Assembly (NCBI GenBank): GCA_026004395.1
Contig: BPJB01000001.1
Location: 649,226 to 713,225 of the forward strand
DNA length: 64,000 bases
Direction: 5' to 3'
Origin: Patescibacteria group bacterium
GTDB taxonomy: Bacteria > Patescibacteriota > Microgenomatia > Levybacterales > UBA12049
Shown here: piece after piece, positions 9,300-19,465 of the stretch
Layout of the letters: every line of letters begins with the position of its first letter
Numbering within the stretch: position 1 is the first letter of the stretch
The notes under the pieces: model-generated
What the model saw: the letters and a program-made list of their open reading frames with translations, nothing else
Told to the model about the DNA's origin: nothing
Databases searched by the model: none
Translations under genes and position numbers: made by a program

Positions 9300-10073
9300 T
9301 TAACATGCACCATTACATGTAGGTGAACAATATGTGCCTGTACCTTGAGGGACAACATTACATCGCTGGATCGGATCACCGCGACATGCATAATTTCGCT
9401 GTTCAATCGGACAATCTTCAGGAGTCTTTTCAGGATTTACCTGTTGATTACCAGTTGGAGAAGGCGAAGAACCAGGAGGCACAGGAAGAGAAGAAAACAC
9501 CGGATTTGCAACAACAACAGAACAATCAATATTGCCTGATAAAGCACAAGACCATGAGGTGTCATAATTGGGAGGAATACAACTTGAGGAAAAAGACTTG
9601 AGAGGACATGAGACATTTTGTTCAAGATCATTTTTAACGTAGATAATATTCCACTGAGGGCAAGGATCGTTTTGATCTACCTGATAAAGATAGCAATTAG
9701 CAGGATTAGATTCACAGTCTGGAGCTTGAGGAACTTTGGACATATAAACTGTTGATCCCACACGCCATTCAGAACCAAAAGGTATAGTTTTTGGATAACA
9801 ACCAAAATCATTGTAATAGGCATCTAAAGAATTCTTAAGCTCGTTTAAATCATGGGCTCGCGTCGCATCTTTGGCTTTTTTAATCTGTGAAATTGGATCG
9901 ATCAAAATAACAACAAATACTAGTAAAATAGAAAGGATAGCAATCTCTATTATCATTTCCAGCAATGATAAACCTTTAACCGGGTATAAATATTGAGCAA
10001 AATTCTGATAGAAAGGATGTTTATCAACTGCAAAAAGTGGCACTCGTTCTGTTGTATTATCTTTCATGTTCAA
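9300..10073 (-). CDS. Type IV pilin-like protein with a Pro/Ser linker and a Cys-rich C-terminal module
   Basis: KG|LSLLEMIIEIAILSIL prepilin-like signal. A PVPPGSSPSPTG linker is followed by a 10-Cys C-terminal tail. Confidence 0.6.
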   Translation of the reverse strand: MNMKDNTTERVPLFAVDKHPFYQNFAQYLYPVKGLSLLEMIIEIAILSILLVFVVILIDPISQIKKAKDATRAHDLNELKNSLDAYYNDFGCYPKTIPFGSEWRVGSTVYMSKVPQAPDCESNPANCYLYQVDQNDPCPQWNIIYVKNDLEQNVSCPLKSFSSSCIPPNYDTSWSCALSGNIDCSVVVANPVFSSLPVPPGSSPSPTGNQQVNPEKTPEDCPIEQRNYACRGDPIQRCNVVPQGTGTYCSPTCNGAC

Positions 10074-10837
10074 AATAGGAAAAAATACTGCTTTGCAATT
10101 GACTCAAATATATTACCCCACAACATGACAAGTATTGTTCCAAAAACCAAAAATGGACCAAAAGGGATTGTATCTCCATGTAATTTCTTCTTTTTTAGTA
10201 AAACTAGTATGAGAGAAAGTATTGCACCTGTCAAGAAAGCAATATATAAACCTATGATAATTCCAGGAAAACCAAGAATAAATCCCATAACAAAAGAATA
10301 TAAAACATCTCCAAAACCCATACCTCTTCCTCTTGTCAAAAGGAAAACCGCCAAGAAAAATCCTCCTGCTGCAATTGCACTAACAACATGCGAAAAAAAT
10401 GAACTTTGATTGAGGATCAAAATCCCTATTCCTGAAATAAATGCCAAAAAAATACTTTGTACAGGAATAATGCCATAACGCCAATCTGTGACAAATATTA
10501 CAAAAAGTGATGCTAGCAAAAGAGTATAAAAAGATAATAAAAGGATAGAGGCATTTTTTAATGTTAAAAATATTATTGCAAAAATTATTCCCATTAATAC
10601 CTCGCTTACTGGATACCAAAATGACAGATTAGCATGACATGTTCTACATTTTCCTTGCAAAAAAATAAAAGAGAAAAGGGGGAAAAGCTCATACCACTTA
10701 AGAATACGCTGACAATTATCACAATGAGATCTTCCACTTATAAATGATTGATTTTTTGCAGATCTGTCTGCAACAACAAGAAAGAAACTTCCGAAAAATA
10801 ATCCTGCAAGAAAAGCAAATACCACTGACAGATCCAT
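10070..10837 (-). CDS. pilD: Prepilin leader peptidase / N-methyltransferase (A24 family)
   Basis: N-terminal CxxC...CxxC zinc motif (CDNCQRI...CRTC) and a multi-TM body containing GFGDVLY. Confidence 0.85.
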   Translation of the reverse strand: MDLSVVFAFLAGLFFGSFFLVVADRSAKNQSFISGRSHCDNCQRILKWYELFPLFSFIFLQGKCRTCHANLSFWYPVSEVLMGIIFAIIFLTLKNASILLLSFYTLLLASLFVIFVTDWRYGIIPVQSIFLAFISGIGILILNQSSFFSHVVSAIAAGGFFLAVFLLTRGRGMGFGDVLYSFVMGFILGFPGIIIGLYIAFLTGAILSLILVLLKKKKLHGDTIPFGPFLVFGTILVMLWGNIFESIAKQYFFLF

Positions 10838-10915
10838 AATAAAAGCATAACACAGACGATACTCATCATGTAAAGAGCTGTGTTATAATCTACTTCATTA
10901 CCATATAATTTATTT

Positions 10916-11956
10916 ATGGCTCTACCAAAAGTTGCAATTGTTGTACTTAATTACAATGGTTGGCGTGAAACAGTCCATTGTCTTAAGACTCTTCTATTGA
11001 CTGATTATCCTCAGTTCACAATTCATGTTCTTGATAATGGTTCACAACGTAATGAGCTTACTATATTAAAACGTCGTTTTAACGATCCAAGAATTGTTTT
11101 TCATCGTATTATAAAAAATATTGGTTATTCGGGAGGCAATAACTATCTTTTCAATAAAATTAATGAGAAATATATAGCACTTGTAAATAATGATGTAGAG
11201 GTACCAAGTAATTGGCTCAAACCACTTGTTAATGTACTTGAGAAAGATAAAACAATTGCAATCGTACAGCCAAAGATACTTTGGTTTAAGAATAAACGTT
11301 ATTTTGATTATTCAGGTGCTTGTGGGGGTTATATAGATATTTTTGGATATCCTTTTACTCGTGGACGAATTTTCAATACTATAGAAGAAGATAGGGGACA
11401 GTATGATAAGGAAGTAGATCTTTTTTGGGCGAGTGGTGCAACAATGCTTATGAGAATGAGTGCGCTACGAAAAGTTGGAGGATTTGATGAAAGATTCTTT
11501 AATTATATGGAAGAGATAGATCTTTGTTTTAGACTTCATCGAGCAGGATATAGGGTAGTCTTCACACCCAAATCCTATGTTTATCATAAAGTAGCAGCAA
11601 CTCTTTCACGAAAGCCTATGAAAAAACGTTTTTGGGAACACCGAAACAACATACTTATGATTATAAAAAATTATCCTTTAGGAAAACTCCTTTTGATTCT
11701 CCCTATAAGAATTTTATTGGAGTATCTTAGCTTTATATATTATCTAGGATCACAACAATTTGATTATGCACTGGCAGTTATCTACAGCCAAATTTCTCTT
11801 TTATACATGGGGCCGCTTTTTTTCATTCAAAGACTAAGTAAATCTGTTAAAGAAACCTCAAAAATGAAAAAAATTATCTACTCAAAGAGCATTGTAATCG
11901 ATTATTATTTATTTAAAAAACGCAACTATCATTCTCTTGAATGGAGAGAAAACTAA
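10916..11956 (+). CDS. Glycosyltransferase family 2
   Basis: VAIVVLNYNG...LDNGS...DxD-type GT-A motifs. Confidence 0.8.
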   Translation: MALPKVAIVVLNYNGWRETVHCLKTLLLTDYPQFTIHVLDNGSQRNELTILKRRFNDPRIVFHRIIKNIGYSGGNNYLFNKINEKYIALVNNDVEVPSNWLKPLVNVLEKDKTIAIVQPKILWFKNKRYFDYSGACGGYIDIFGYPFTRGRIFNTIEEDRGQYDKEVDLFWASGATMLMRMSALRKVGGFDERFFNYMEEIDLCFRLHRAGYRVVFTPKSYVYHKVAATLSRKPMKKRFWEHRNNILMIIKNYPLGKLLLILPIRILLEYLSFIYYLGSQQFDYALAVIYSQISLLYMGPLFFIQRLSKSVKETSKMKKIIYSKSIVIDYYLFKKRNYHSLEWREN

Positions 11957-12933
11957 TGCGAATTATTTATCTTCTATTTAATACAAAAAAAAATGGTGGT
12001 AATAAAGTAATTCTTGACCAAGTATCTCAATTAATTTCATTTGGACATAATGTTGAAGTTATCACTATTTTAGGAAAAAGTTTTCATTGGTACAATCAAA
12101 AAGTTATTACCAAAAAAATTTCCATAAAAAATTTTTTTACTAGATATGATTATCTCATCTGTACTTTCTGGCCAACAGCATATATTGGACTATTTTTACC
12201 AGCTAAAAAAAAATCTTATTTTATCCAAGCTCTTGAAGAAAACTTCTCCAATAACTATATTTATAAGTTTCTTGTTCGTTTAACTTATAAACTTCCTTAT
12301 AAATTTATTGTAACTACACAGTTTTTAAAAAAATCACTATTAACATATGGAATACCTAAAAAAAATATTTCCATCATCAATAATATTACTATCGATCCTC
12401 ATTTCTTCCAAAAAAAACATAGGCGAATAAACAAAAGGAGAATCAAAATATTAACAGTTATGTCTTACTATTTACCCTATAAAGGTCCTGATATTTATCT
12501 ACAGATTCTTAAAATGTTGAAACAAAATTACCCAATTTATACTACACTTGTCAGTATGGAAAGATATTCGCTGTCTCCGCTTGTTGATAAGTTTATTTCT
12601 AACCCTTCTGCGCAACAATTAGCTAGACTCTATTTATCACACGATATTTTACTTGTTACTAGTAGATCAGAAGGATTTTTCTTACCTGGAATTGAAGCAA
12701 TGGCTGCTGGATGCCTAGTAATTAGTACTAATAGTGGTGGAATTTTAACCTATGCCAAACACAACTACAATGCTTATATTTTTAAAGATATAGATCAAAT
12801 AATAAATATATTTGACGAACTACTACATAACCATCAACTAGAAACCAGGATACGCAACAATGCCTATAGAACAGCTGAAAAATATCGCACAATATCTTCT
12901 TCAGACGTACTAAAAAGGACTTTTTCTTTATGA
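11941..12933 (+). CDS. Glycosyltransferase family 1/4 (GT-B)
   Basis: C-terminal EGFFLPGIEAMAAGCLVISTNSGG motif, which is an EX7E-type motif. Confidence 0.7.
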   Translation: MERKLMRIIYLLFNTKKNGGNKVILDQVSQLISFGHNVEVITILGKSFHWYNQKVITKKISIKNFFTRYDYLICTFWPTAYIGLFLPAKKKSYFIQALEENFSNNYIYKFLVRLTYKLPYKFIVTTQFLKKSLLTYGIPKKNISIINNITIDPHFFQKKHRRINKRRIKILTVMSYYLPYKGPDIYLQILKMLKQNYPIYTTLVSMERYSLSPLVDKFISNPSAQQLARLYLSHDILLVTSRSEGFFLPGIEAMAAGCLVISTNSGGILTYAKHNYNAYIFKDIDQIINIFDELLHNHQLETRIRNNAYRTAEKYRTISSSDVLKRTFSL

Positions 12934-13742
12934 ACAGTTCATATTTCCAAAGAATCAAACAAAAAATGCAATACCTTATTCGTTATGCATATATTTCTCC
13001 TCAAAAAAATATCGTTACTTTATATAAAACATGGTTCTATGTAATTATGGATCTTTTCCCCTGGAAAAAGGGTAGAGTAGTAACTCACATCCTGAATAAC
13101 GGGACACGATTCCTAATCCGACTACATTCATTCGATATGATTATTCTTAATGAAATATATATTCTTAATCTTTACTTACCTTTCACTTCTTTAATTAAAA
13201 AAGGAGATGTAATAGATATTGGAGCACATATTGGTATTTTTTCAGTATTCGCTGTTCATACATTTAAACCTCATCGTGTTCTTGCCTTTGAACCATACAC
13301 TCCCAATTTTTCATTATTGAAAAAAAATATAGAGTATAATAAGCTCACGTCAATCATCTTACCCATCAAATTAGCAGTAGGGGAAAGAAATGGCAAAGGC
13401 AATCTTTTTATTGATGAAAAAAACACAGGGGGTCATTCACTACATACTAATCTCCTCTCAAAATCAGAACATAAAGAAATTATCTCCATCACCACTCTTG
13501 ATAATATCTTCACAACCCATTCAATTAAGAATTGTTCAATACTTAAACTAGATTGTGAAGGTGCAGAATACGATATTCTCAAAGCTGCATCAGACGAAAC
13601 ACTTAAAAAAATACAATTAATTATTCTCGAATATCATCCCAACTATTCACTTGAAAAACTGCAATCTTTTCTAAAAAACAAAGGATTTATTATTTCACCC
13701 GGAAGATCGGGTTTTCCTATTCTATTTGCTATTAAAAGATAA
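12930..13742 (+). CDS. FkbM-family SAM-dependent methyltransferase
   Basis: DIGAHIGIFSVFA glycine-rich SAM motif and FkbM-like architecture. Confidence 0.65.
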   Translation: MNSSYFQRIKQKMQYLIRYAYISPQKNIVTLYKTWFYVIMDLFPWKKGRVVTHILNNGTRFLIRLHSFDMIILNEIYILNLYLPFTSLIKKGDVIDIGAHIGIFSVFAVHTFKPHRVLAFEPYTPNFSLLKKNIEYNKLTSIILPIKLAVGERNGKGNLFIDEKNTGGHSLHTNLLSKSEHKEIISITTLDNIFTTHSIKNCSILKLDCEGAEYDILKAASDETLKKIQLIILEYHPNYSLEKLQSFLKNKGFIISPGRSGFPILFAIKR

Positions 13743-13756
13743 GTAAGAAATAATTT

Positions 13757-15766
13757 TTACTGCACAAGCGCTCTTACATCTTCCTTAAGTGGTTTACCAA
13801 ATTTTTGTTCATATACTCTTGCGATATCTTCAGCATGTTTTTCATTTTTAACACAAGAAGTATATGTTACATACAACAAAACATAACCCTGCGCATATGC
13901 AGGATCGCCTGCAACGACAGTTTGGAATGCTGAGAGAGCTTTTGCACAATCTCTCTTTGCCAAAAAATACGTTCCTTTACCAACAAGTGATGTTTTCTCC
14001 TCAGGATGTATTGCAAGTGCTTTATCATAAAATAAATTAGCAAGTTCCATGTCATTGTATTTCAAAAGAATATATTTCCCCGAAAAACCGTAAGCTACAG
14101 CATACAGAACAGGAAACTCTGCTATAGTAAGATTGCGCTCTGCAAGTGTAAGATCACTCTTTTTCTTATAGTTAAGATTTGATAGAAGTCGCATTTGTTG
14201 CTTGGCATATCTCTCTTTTTCCATCTCCTGTGTTGGTGACACAAGTTGATAAACAAGTCCGTATGGCCTCCAATGGTAACCCTTTTTTTTAAACTCTGAA
14301 CTGAGAATCTCAGTTAATGAAAAAACCTCTCTCTTTTTATGCATGGATATCAGTGCAGGAACAAGAGGATTTTTCTCCTTTGGATATTCTTTTTTTGCGT
14401 GTTTTATTTCGCTTTCAAGAAGTTGTGAAGTATTTAATCGTGCCAAATTAATAATATCTACATCCTCACGAATATGAAATGCTGTCTGCACAAATTTAGT
14501 ATTAAAAAAAATACTATCTCCATACAAAAAAAGAACACTTTTCTGAGGAAGATTGCTAATTATATCTCTCCCCAAATTTTCACCTATCATAATCCCTCGT
14601 AAATTTGTTTTGGGAAAATTGTTAATAAAAAGCGTTAATGGTATTATGCCAAAAAGTGTTATAATCGCCAAATTGTAAGATTTTATACGACTTTTTTCTG
14701 GAAGACGTGACAAGATAAATGCGTTGATTATTGTAATGAATTCTAAAAACCCAATTGGAAATAAAAGAAGTAACAATATAGCAGAATTTTGATAAAATCT
14801 CTCAATTACACCATGTTGAAAACTTGAATACATTGGTGTACTGACGTACATTACAAAAAATGGACCAAAAAGAAAAATCGCCAATAAAAAACTAAAAAAC
14901 AGTAAATAGTGTTTGCGCAAAATAAGAGAAATCAGACCAAGTAAGACAAAAAAAATGACAGGCGGAGTAAGCTCTACAAAAATATCAAATACATATTGTT
15001 TAAGAGATAAAAAACGATTTATTGTATCTATTGCTCCAGGCATATACCCATAATCTAAACGCAAAATATATCTTATAAAAGACTCAATGGAGTTAACTTT
15101 AGTCCACAGTGTCTCTCCACCAAAAAAAGAGGCAAATGGAATATACAAATACGGTAGAAGTCCAATCAAAGCAAACAAAACACCTCTTAAAATTACTTTA
15201 AATTGTCTTAATAATGAAAGATTTTTATAAAAAACTAGCAAAGCAAGACTTGGAAAAAGAAGAACAATAACTAAATGATGGGCGAGAGTAAGACCACCAA
15301 CAAAACAAAGAAGATAAAAAAGTCTAGTTGTTTTATACTTTTGATAAAGAAGTGTGATATACAACAAAAGTAAAAGAAAAAAACTATGCATAGCAAAAAC
15401 TTCAGATAGTTCAGCATATAGCCAAAAAGTTGAATATGTACCCAAAATTAATGCGGAAATAAAACCAATCAAAGTATTTTTAGTTAAAAAATAAGATATT
15501 TTATAAAATACTACGACAGCAAGTGCTGAAGAGACAGCCGATATCAAGCCCACTTTCCATGTAAATGATTGGGAGAGGGGAAAAAAAGAAAACAAAATTC
15601 CCAAAAGAGTATATAAAGGATAGCCAGGAGGATGTGGATAGGTAAAATTATAAATAGAATACAAAAAATCTCCTACATCACCACCAAAAACATGATCAGA
15701 AAGATTTAGTGTATAAACAAAAATAAAAAATAAAAAAAGAATTAAAGATGGTTTTATAAAACGCAT
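13757..15766 (-). CDS. DUF2723 (TMEM260/TMTC-like protein O-mannosyltransferase family) membrane protein with C-terminal TPR repeats
   Basis: N-terminal DHVFGGDVGDF...HPPGYPLYTLLG block, about 11 TM helices, and C-terminal TPR-like repeats. Sits 10 nt downstream of the pilin gene on the same strand. Confidence 0.55.
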   Translation of the reverse strand: MRFIKPSLILFLFFIFVYTLNLSDHVFGGDVGDFLYSIYNFTYPHPPGYPLYTLLGILFSFFPLSQSFTWKVGLISAVSSALAVVVFYKISYFLTKNTLIGFISALILGTYSTFWLYAELSEVFAMHSFFLLLLLYITLLYQKYKTTRLFYLLCFVGGLTLAHHLVIVLLFPSLALLVFYKNLSLLRQFKVILRGVLFALIGLLPYLYIPFASFFGGETLWTKVNSIESFIRYILRLDYGYMPGAIDTINRFLSLKQYVFDIFVELTPPVIFFVLLGLISLILRKHYLLFFSFLLAIFLFGPFFVMYVSTPMYSSFQHGVIERFYQNSAILLLLLFPIGFLEFITIINAFILSRLPEKSRIKSYNLAIITLFGIIPLTLFINNFPKTNLRGIMIGENLGRDIISNLPQKSVLFLYGDSIFFNTKFVQTAFHIREDVDIINLARLNTSQLLESEIKHAKKEYPKEKNPLVPALISMHKKREVFSLTEILSSEFKKKGYHWRPYGLVYQLVSPTQEMEKERYAKQQMRLLSNLNYKKKSDLTLAERNLTIAEFPVLYAVAYGFSGKYILLKYNDMELANLFYDKALAIHPEEKTSLVGKGTYFLAKRDCAKALSAFQTVVAGDPAYAQGYVLLYVTYTSCVKNEKHAEDIARVYEQKFGKPLKEDVRALVQ

Positions 15767-15776
15767 GTATTATTTA

Positions 15777-16331
15777 TTATAATACAGCGCACCAGTAGCA
15801 GTCAGCAGAGCCTCCTTTTGATTTGCACGTTGCTGATGTGGGAGTACCGTCAATACCGTAAATTGTATTGGCATCTCTCTGTTGTGCTTTTGATTGAGGT
15901 TTGTAGCAGGCTGTTACAGTATTTGTTGATCCTGTGAAATAAATCTCTTTGATAATATTTGTTGCTGTATTATAACCAGTTTTAAGCTCTCCATCACTTA
16001 TCAAAGCCTGAACACATGTAGTTCCACCATCAACAGAAGAGTTCAAATTAACCGAAACTGCATTATAATCATTACCTGAGCAACCCAAATAACCTCCCTC
16101 ATTAGTACTAGCCCATGGCATACCATTATGTGTAGTAAAGTAGCGAAGATTTGCATTGATAAACTCAACTGTACTATTTTTTACATTTGAATCTTGGGCT
16201 TTTTTCAGTTGCTCAAAAGGATCAATTGTGGCAATGAGAGCTGATGCAAGAATACCTAAAATTCCAATAACAACTAAAAGCTCTATAAGTGTGAATCCTT
16301 TTGAAAGTGATTGAATTCGGGCAGTTATCAT
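15777..16331 (-). CDS. pilA: Type IV pilin (major pilin candidate)
   Basis: Short leader MITARIQSLSKG|FTLIELLVVIGILGILA. It has its own AT-rich upstream region. Confidence 0.8.
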   Translation of the reverse strand: MITARIQSLSKGFTLIELLVVIGILGILASALIATIDPFEQLKKAQDSNVKNSTVEFINANLRYFTTHNGMPWASTNEGGYLGCSGNDYNAVSVNLNSSVDGGTTCVQALISDGELKTGYNTATNIIKEIYFTGSTNTVTACYKPQSKAQQRDANTIYGIDGTPTSATCKSKGGSADCYWCAVL

Positions 16332-16516
16332 ATTTGCTTAAAATTTATCTCTACATTAATTATTGACATGTATTTTAAAAGTTGTCAAGTAGTATTTTGG
16401 TCTAATTCTATTTTCTCTATCATTTTAGCTTAATCTAAATTACTAATAATTTACTTCTTTGTTCGCTGTCTATATAAAAATTTAATAAATTTGATATAAA
16501 ATTATTTAATTGAAAT
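16332..16516 (-). promoter_or_regulatory. AT-rich promoter region upstream of the pilA-like gene
   Basis: 185-nt intergenic stretch. The minus strand reads TTGACA, a 17-nt spacer, then CAATAAT (plus 16360-16388). Confidence 0.3.
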
Positions 16517-17914
16517 TTAATTCTTGCTTATAGGCAGAGAAAAAGTAACAGATGTCCCTCTACCGATACCATCTGAGTGTATCCAGATTTCTCCTCCATG
16601 CATCTGAACAATCGATTTACAGATATAAAGCCCCAGTCCTGTTCCTTGTGTTGCTGATTTGTTGACTGTATAAGAACCATGTAGAAAACCGAATTTTTGA
16701 AATAACCTTGGCATTTCCTCCTGTGGAATACCTGATCCAGTGTCCGAAATTACCGTATCAACTCTTTGATCTTTTGGAGAGTAGGAGAGAGTTATTGTAA
16801 TTTTTCCACCAACAGGTGTAAATTTAATTGCATTATCTAGCAGATTATTAAGTACCTCCTTTATTTTCTCAGGATCAGCAACCACATTGGGAATTTCTTG
16901 AGGAAAATTACAAGAAAGAATAAGACCTGCTTGTTCGATGCGCGGTTTCAGCTCATCAACCACTTCTGAGATGAGATTGGGAAGAGCTGTTGACTGAAGT
17001 GCGAGAGAGATTCTACCTGACTCAATCCGAGAAATATTGAGCATATCGCCAACAAGTTTTATCAGTCTATCAACTGATGTGTAAGCTCTATTCAAATAAT
17101 ACACCTGCTTCTCAGTCAAAGGACCGCCTCTGCCAGCAAGCGCCATCCACAAATACGACTTAATCGCTGTCATGGGTGTACGCAACTCATGTGAGGCTAA
17201 AGATACAAACTCGTCTTTTAATACATCTAACTCCTGAAGCTTCTGATTACTTTTTTGTAACTCTTGATAAAGAAGTGCATGATCCATCACAATTCCTACA
17301 ACACCAACCAGACGACCAATTAAATCCATTTGATACTCTGTAAGTTCTTTTTCTGTTGCCTGATGACCAACTACAATTGCTCCCAGAGTTTCCTCTCGAA
17401 CCCTCAAAGGAAAAATCAGATAGGTTTTTATTTGACTAAGCTGCTGAAGTTTATTTGCCTCCTCATCAGATAAATCATGAAGTGTCACCTCTTTTAGATT
17501 GTTGGTTGCTTTGTACCTGCCTTCGGTTACTACCTGCACAATTGCATTTTCTTTTTTAGCAAGAGAAATGGCTTCACCCGGTTGAGCATAATTTTTAAGT
17601 CTCTCTCTGCTTGCCTCAATATTGGAACTCTCTGCTATACCAAATCTCACAAGCATCTTTTTTTGTTTATCAATAACTAAAATACTCGCAAAAAGAAAAT
17701 CAGCTTCTGTAACTAAAATTCTGGCAACTTGTGTTGCGATCTCAATTGGATCATTGACAGAGCTAAAAATAATATCGTCTATTCTTCTAAAAAGAGTAAG
17801 TGTCTTATTGCGTTCTGCCAGCTCTATATTTTTTCTGAGCATTTCCTGATTAATATGTTCAAGATCTTTTGTTATATCGCTTTGTTGAGATTGAATTTGT
17901 GTAACATCTGACAT
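16517..17914 (-). CDS. Sensor histidine kinase (GAF-HisKA-HATPase), cytoplasmic
   Basis: H-box SHELRTPMTAIKSY and G-boxes GTGLGLYICKSIVQMHGG. No TM segment. Confidence 0.85.
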   Translation of the reverse strand: MSDVTQIQSQQSDITKDLEHINQEMLRKNIELAERNKTLTLFRRIDDIIFSSVNDPIEIATQVARILVTEADFLFASILVIDKQKKMLVRFGIAESSNIEASRERLKNYAQPGEAISLAKKENAIVQVVTEGRYKATNNLKEVTLHDLSDEEANKLQQLSQIKTYLIFPLRVREETLGAIVVGHQATEKELTEYQMDLIGRLVGVVGIVMDHALLYQELQKSNQKLQELDVLKDEFVSLASHELRTPMTAIKSYLWMALAGRGGPLTEKQVYYLNRAYTSVDRLIKLVGDMLNISRIESGRISLALQSTALPNLISEVVDELKPRIEQAGLILSCNFPQEIPNVVADPEKIKEVLNNLLDNAIKFTPVGGKITITLSYSPKDQRVDTVISDTGSGIPQEEMPRLFQKFGFLHGSYTVNKSATQGTGLGLYICKSIVQMHGGEIWIHSDGIGRGTSVTFSLPISKN

Positions 17915-17920
17915 ATTTCT

Positions 17921-19402
17921 TCAAAGAATTGTATGTTCTAATTCTTTTACCTCCTGATGTTTGTTTTGTGAGTTGGCAATGAATTCCCTATCTGAGTCTG
18001 CAAATTTTTTCAGTGTAAAGGAGAAAGTCGCCCCTTTGCCTATCCCATCAGAAAAAGCACTTATCTTACCTCCATGCATCTGAACAATTGATTTACAAAT
18101 ATAAAGCCCCAGTCCTGTTCCAACCGTTGCGTTTTTGTTTACTGTATAAGATCCTGGAAGAATACCAAACTTTTGGAAAAGCTTCGGCATATCCTCCTGT
18201 GGTATTCCAATACCATTATCAGATATACTAACAGTAACAAATTTCTGATCCGACGTAAAGGTAATAACAACTGATCCACCTCTAGGAGTAAACTTTAAAG
18301 AATTACCAATAAGATTGATCAAAACTTCTTTGATTTTGGTAGCGTCTGCAAGAACTGGAGGGATATTGATTCCGTGAGAAATAGTTATAGATATACCAAG
18401 TTCTTCTGCTCTTGGTAATACTTCTTCATAAACCTCGTGTGTAAGTTTTTCTATATCTACTTGTTCTAAATTGAGAGCAATCCTTCCTGACTCGATACGT
18501 GAGATATTCAGCATATCGTTTACTAATTTAATTAACCTATCTGAAGCATTATATGCTCGTTCCAAATAATAATGTTGCTTCTTGGTCAAAGAACCGCCTC
18601 TGCCAGCAAGCGCCATCCACAAATACGACTTAATCGCTGTCATGGGTGTACGCAACTCATGTGAGGCTAATGATACAAACTCGTCTTTTAGTTGATCTAG
18701 CTTCTGTAATTGATCATTTGCTTCCTTTAACTGTTTAGTTGCCGAGGTGAGATTACGATAAAGCAGTGCATGCTGAAGAGCGATAGATGAACCATCAACA
18801 AACATCTGAAAAATAGTATATTCATAACTAGTGATTTCAGATTCTTTTTTAGGAGTACTGGCAACAAACACTCCAATCGGTTCATTTTCCATATAAAGTG
18901 GATAAATAAGAGTAGTACGAGTCTTCATGATAGACTGAATTTTGAAAGCTTCTTCTGCTGACAGAACAGGGCAGAGGACATCATAAACTTGAGTCGTTGT
19001 ATAGTGTTTTTTTTCTCTAAGAGAACGCGCCATAAGATTATTGGGATCATTGATACTTATCTCAATCTGTGTAAAAGGTACTCGAAGTGCTTGGATTGCT
19101 TTTTCTGCTTCTTCAGTATGAGATGCAGCTATACGACGTAAAACTTTGCGATCTTTATCGTAAATGGCTAAAACACCAGTAGCAAATTTGAGCTCGCTAG
19201 GAATATAATCAGCAATCTTTTGTGCTACTGCCTCAAAATTGAGATCACCAAGAATTATTTTATTGATTTTTTGAGCTGCAAGAATAGCTTTCTTCTGATA
19301 GTTTAGCCTATTATGAGTAAATCTTACGAAAACAAAAAGAAATGCAAGTGTCAAAAAGATAACCAACCCATTTACCAAAAAAAAGGCAGTTTCAATACTC
19401 AT
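17921..19402 (-). CDS. Sensor histidine kinase (TM-GAF-HisKA-HATPase); paralog of the preceding gene
   Basis: One N-terminal TM helix and the same H-, N- and G-box blocks as its neighbour. Confidence 0.85.
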   Translation of the reverse strand: MSIETAFFLVNGLVIFLTLAFLFVFVRFTHNRLNYQKKAILAAQKINKIILGDLNFEAVAQKIADYIPSELKFATGVLAIYDKDRKVLRRIAASHTEEAEKAIQALRVPFTQIEISINDPNNLMARSLREKKHYTTTQVYDVLCPVLSAEEAFKIQSIMKTRTTLIYPLYMENEPIGVFVASTPKKESEITSYEYTIFQMFVDGSSIALQHALLYRNLTSATKQLKEANDQLQKLDQLKDEFVSLASHELRTPMTAIKSYLWMALAGRGGSLTKKQHYYLERAYNASDRLIKLVNDMLNISRIESGRIALNLEQVDIEKLTHEVYEEVLPRAEELGISITISHGINIPPVLADATKIKEVLINLIGNSLKFTPRGGSVVITFTSDQKFVTVSISDNGIGIPQEDMPKLFQKFGILPGSYTVNKNATVGTGLGLYICKSIVQMHGGKISAFSDGIGKGATFSFTLKKFADSDREFIANSQNKHQEVKELEHTIL

Positions 19403-19465
19403 TATTAATGAGTATATATCGGAGATGAAATTATGTAAAATAAATTCAAAAAAAAAGTCAAGATA

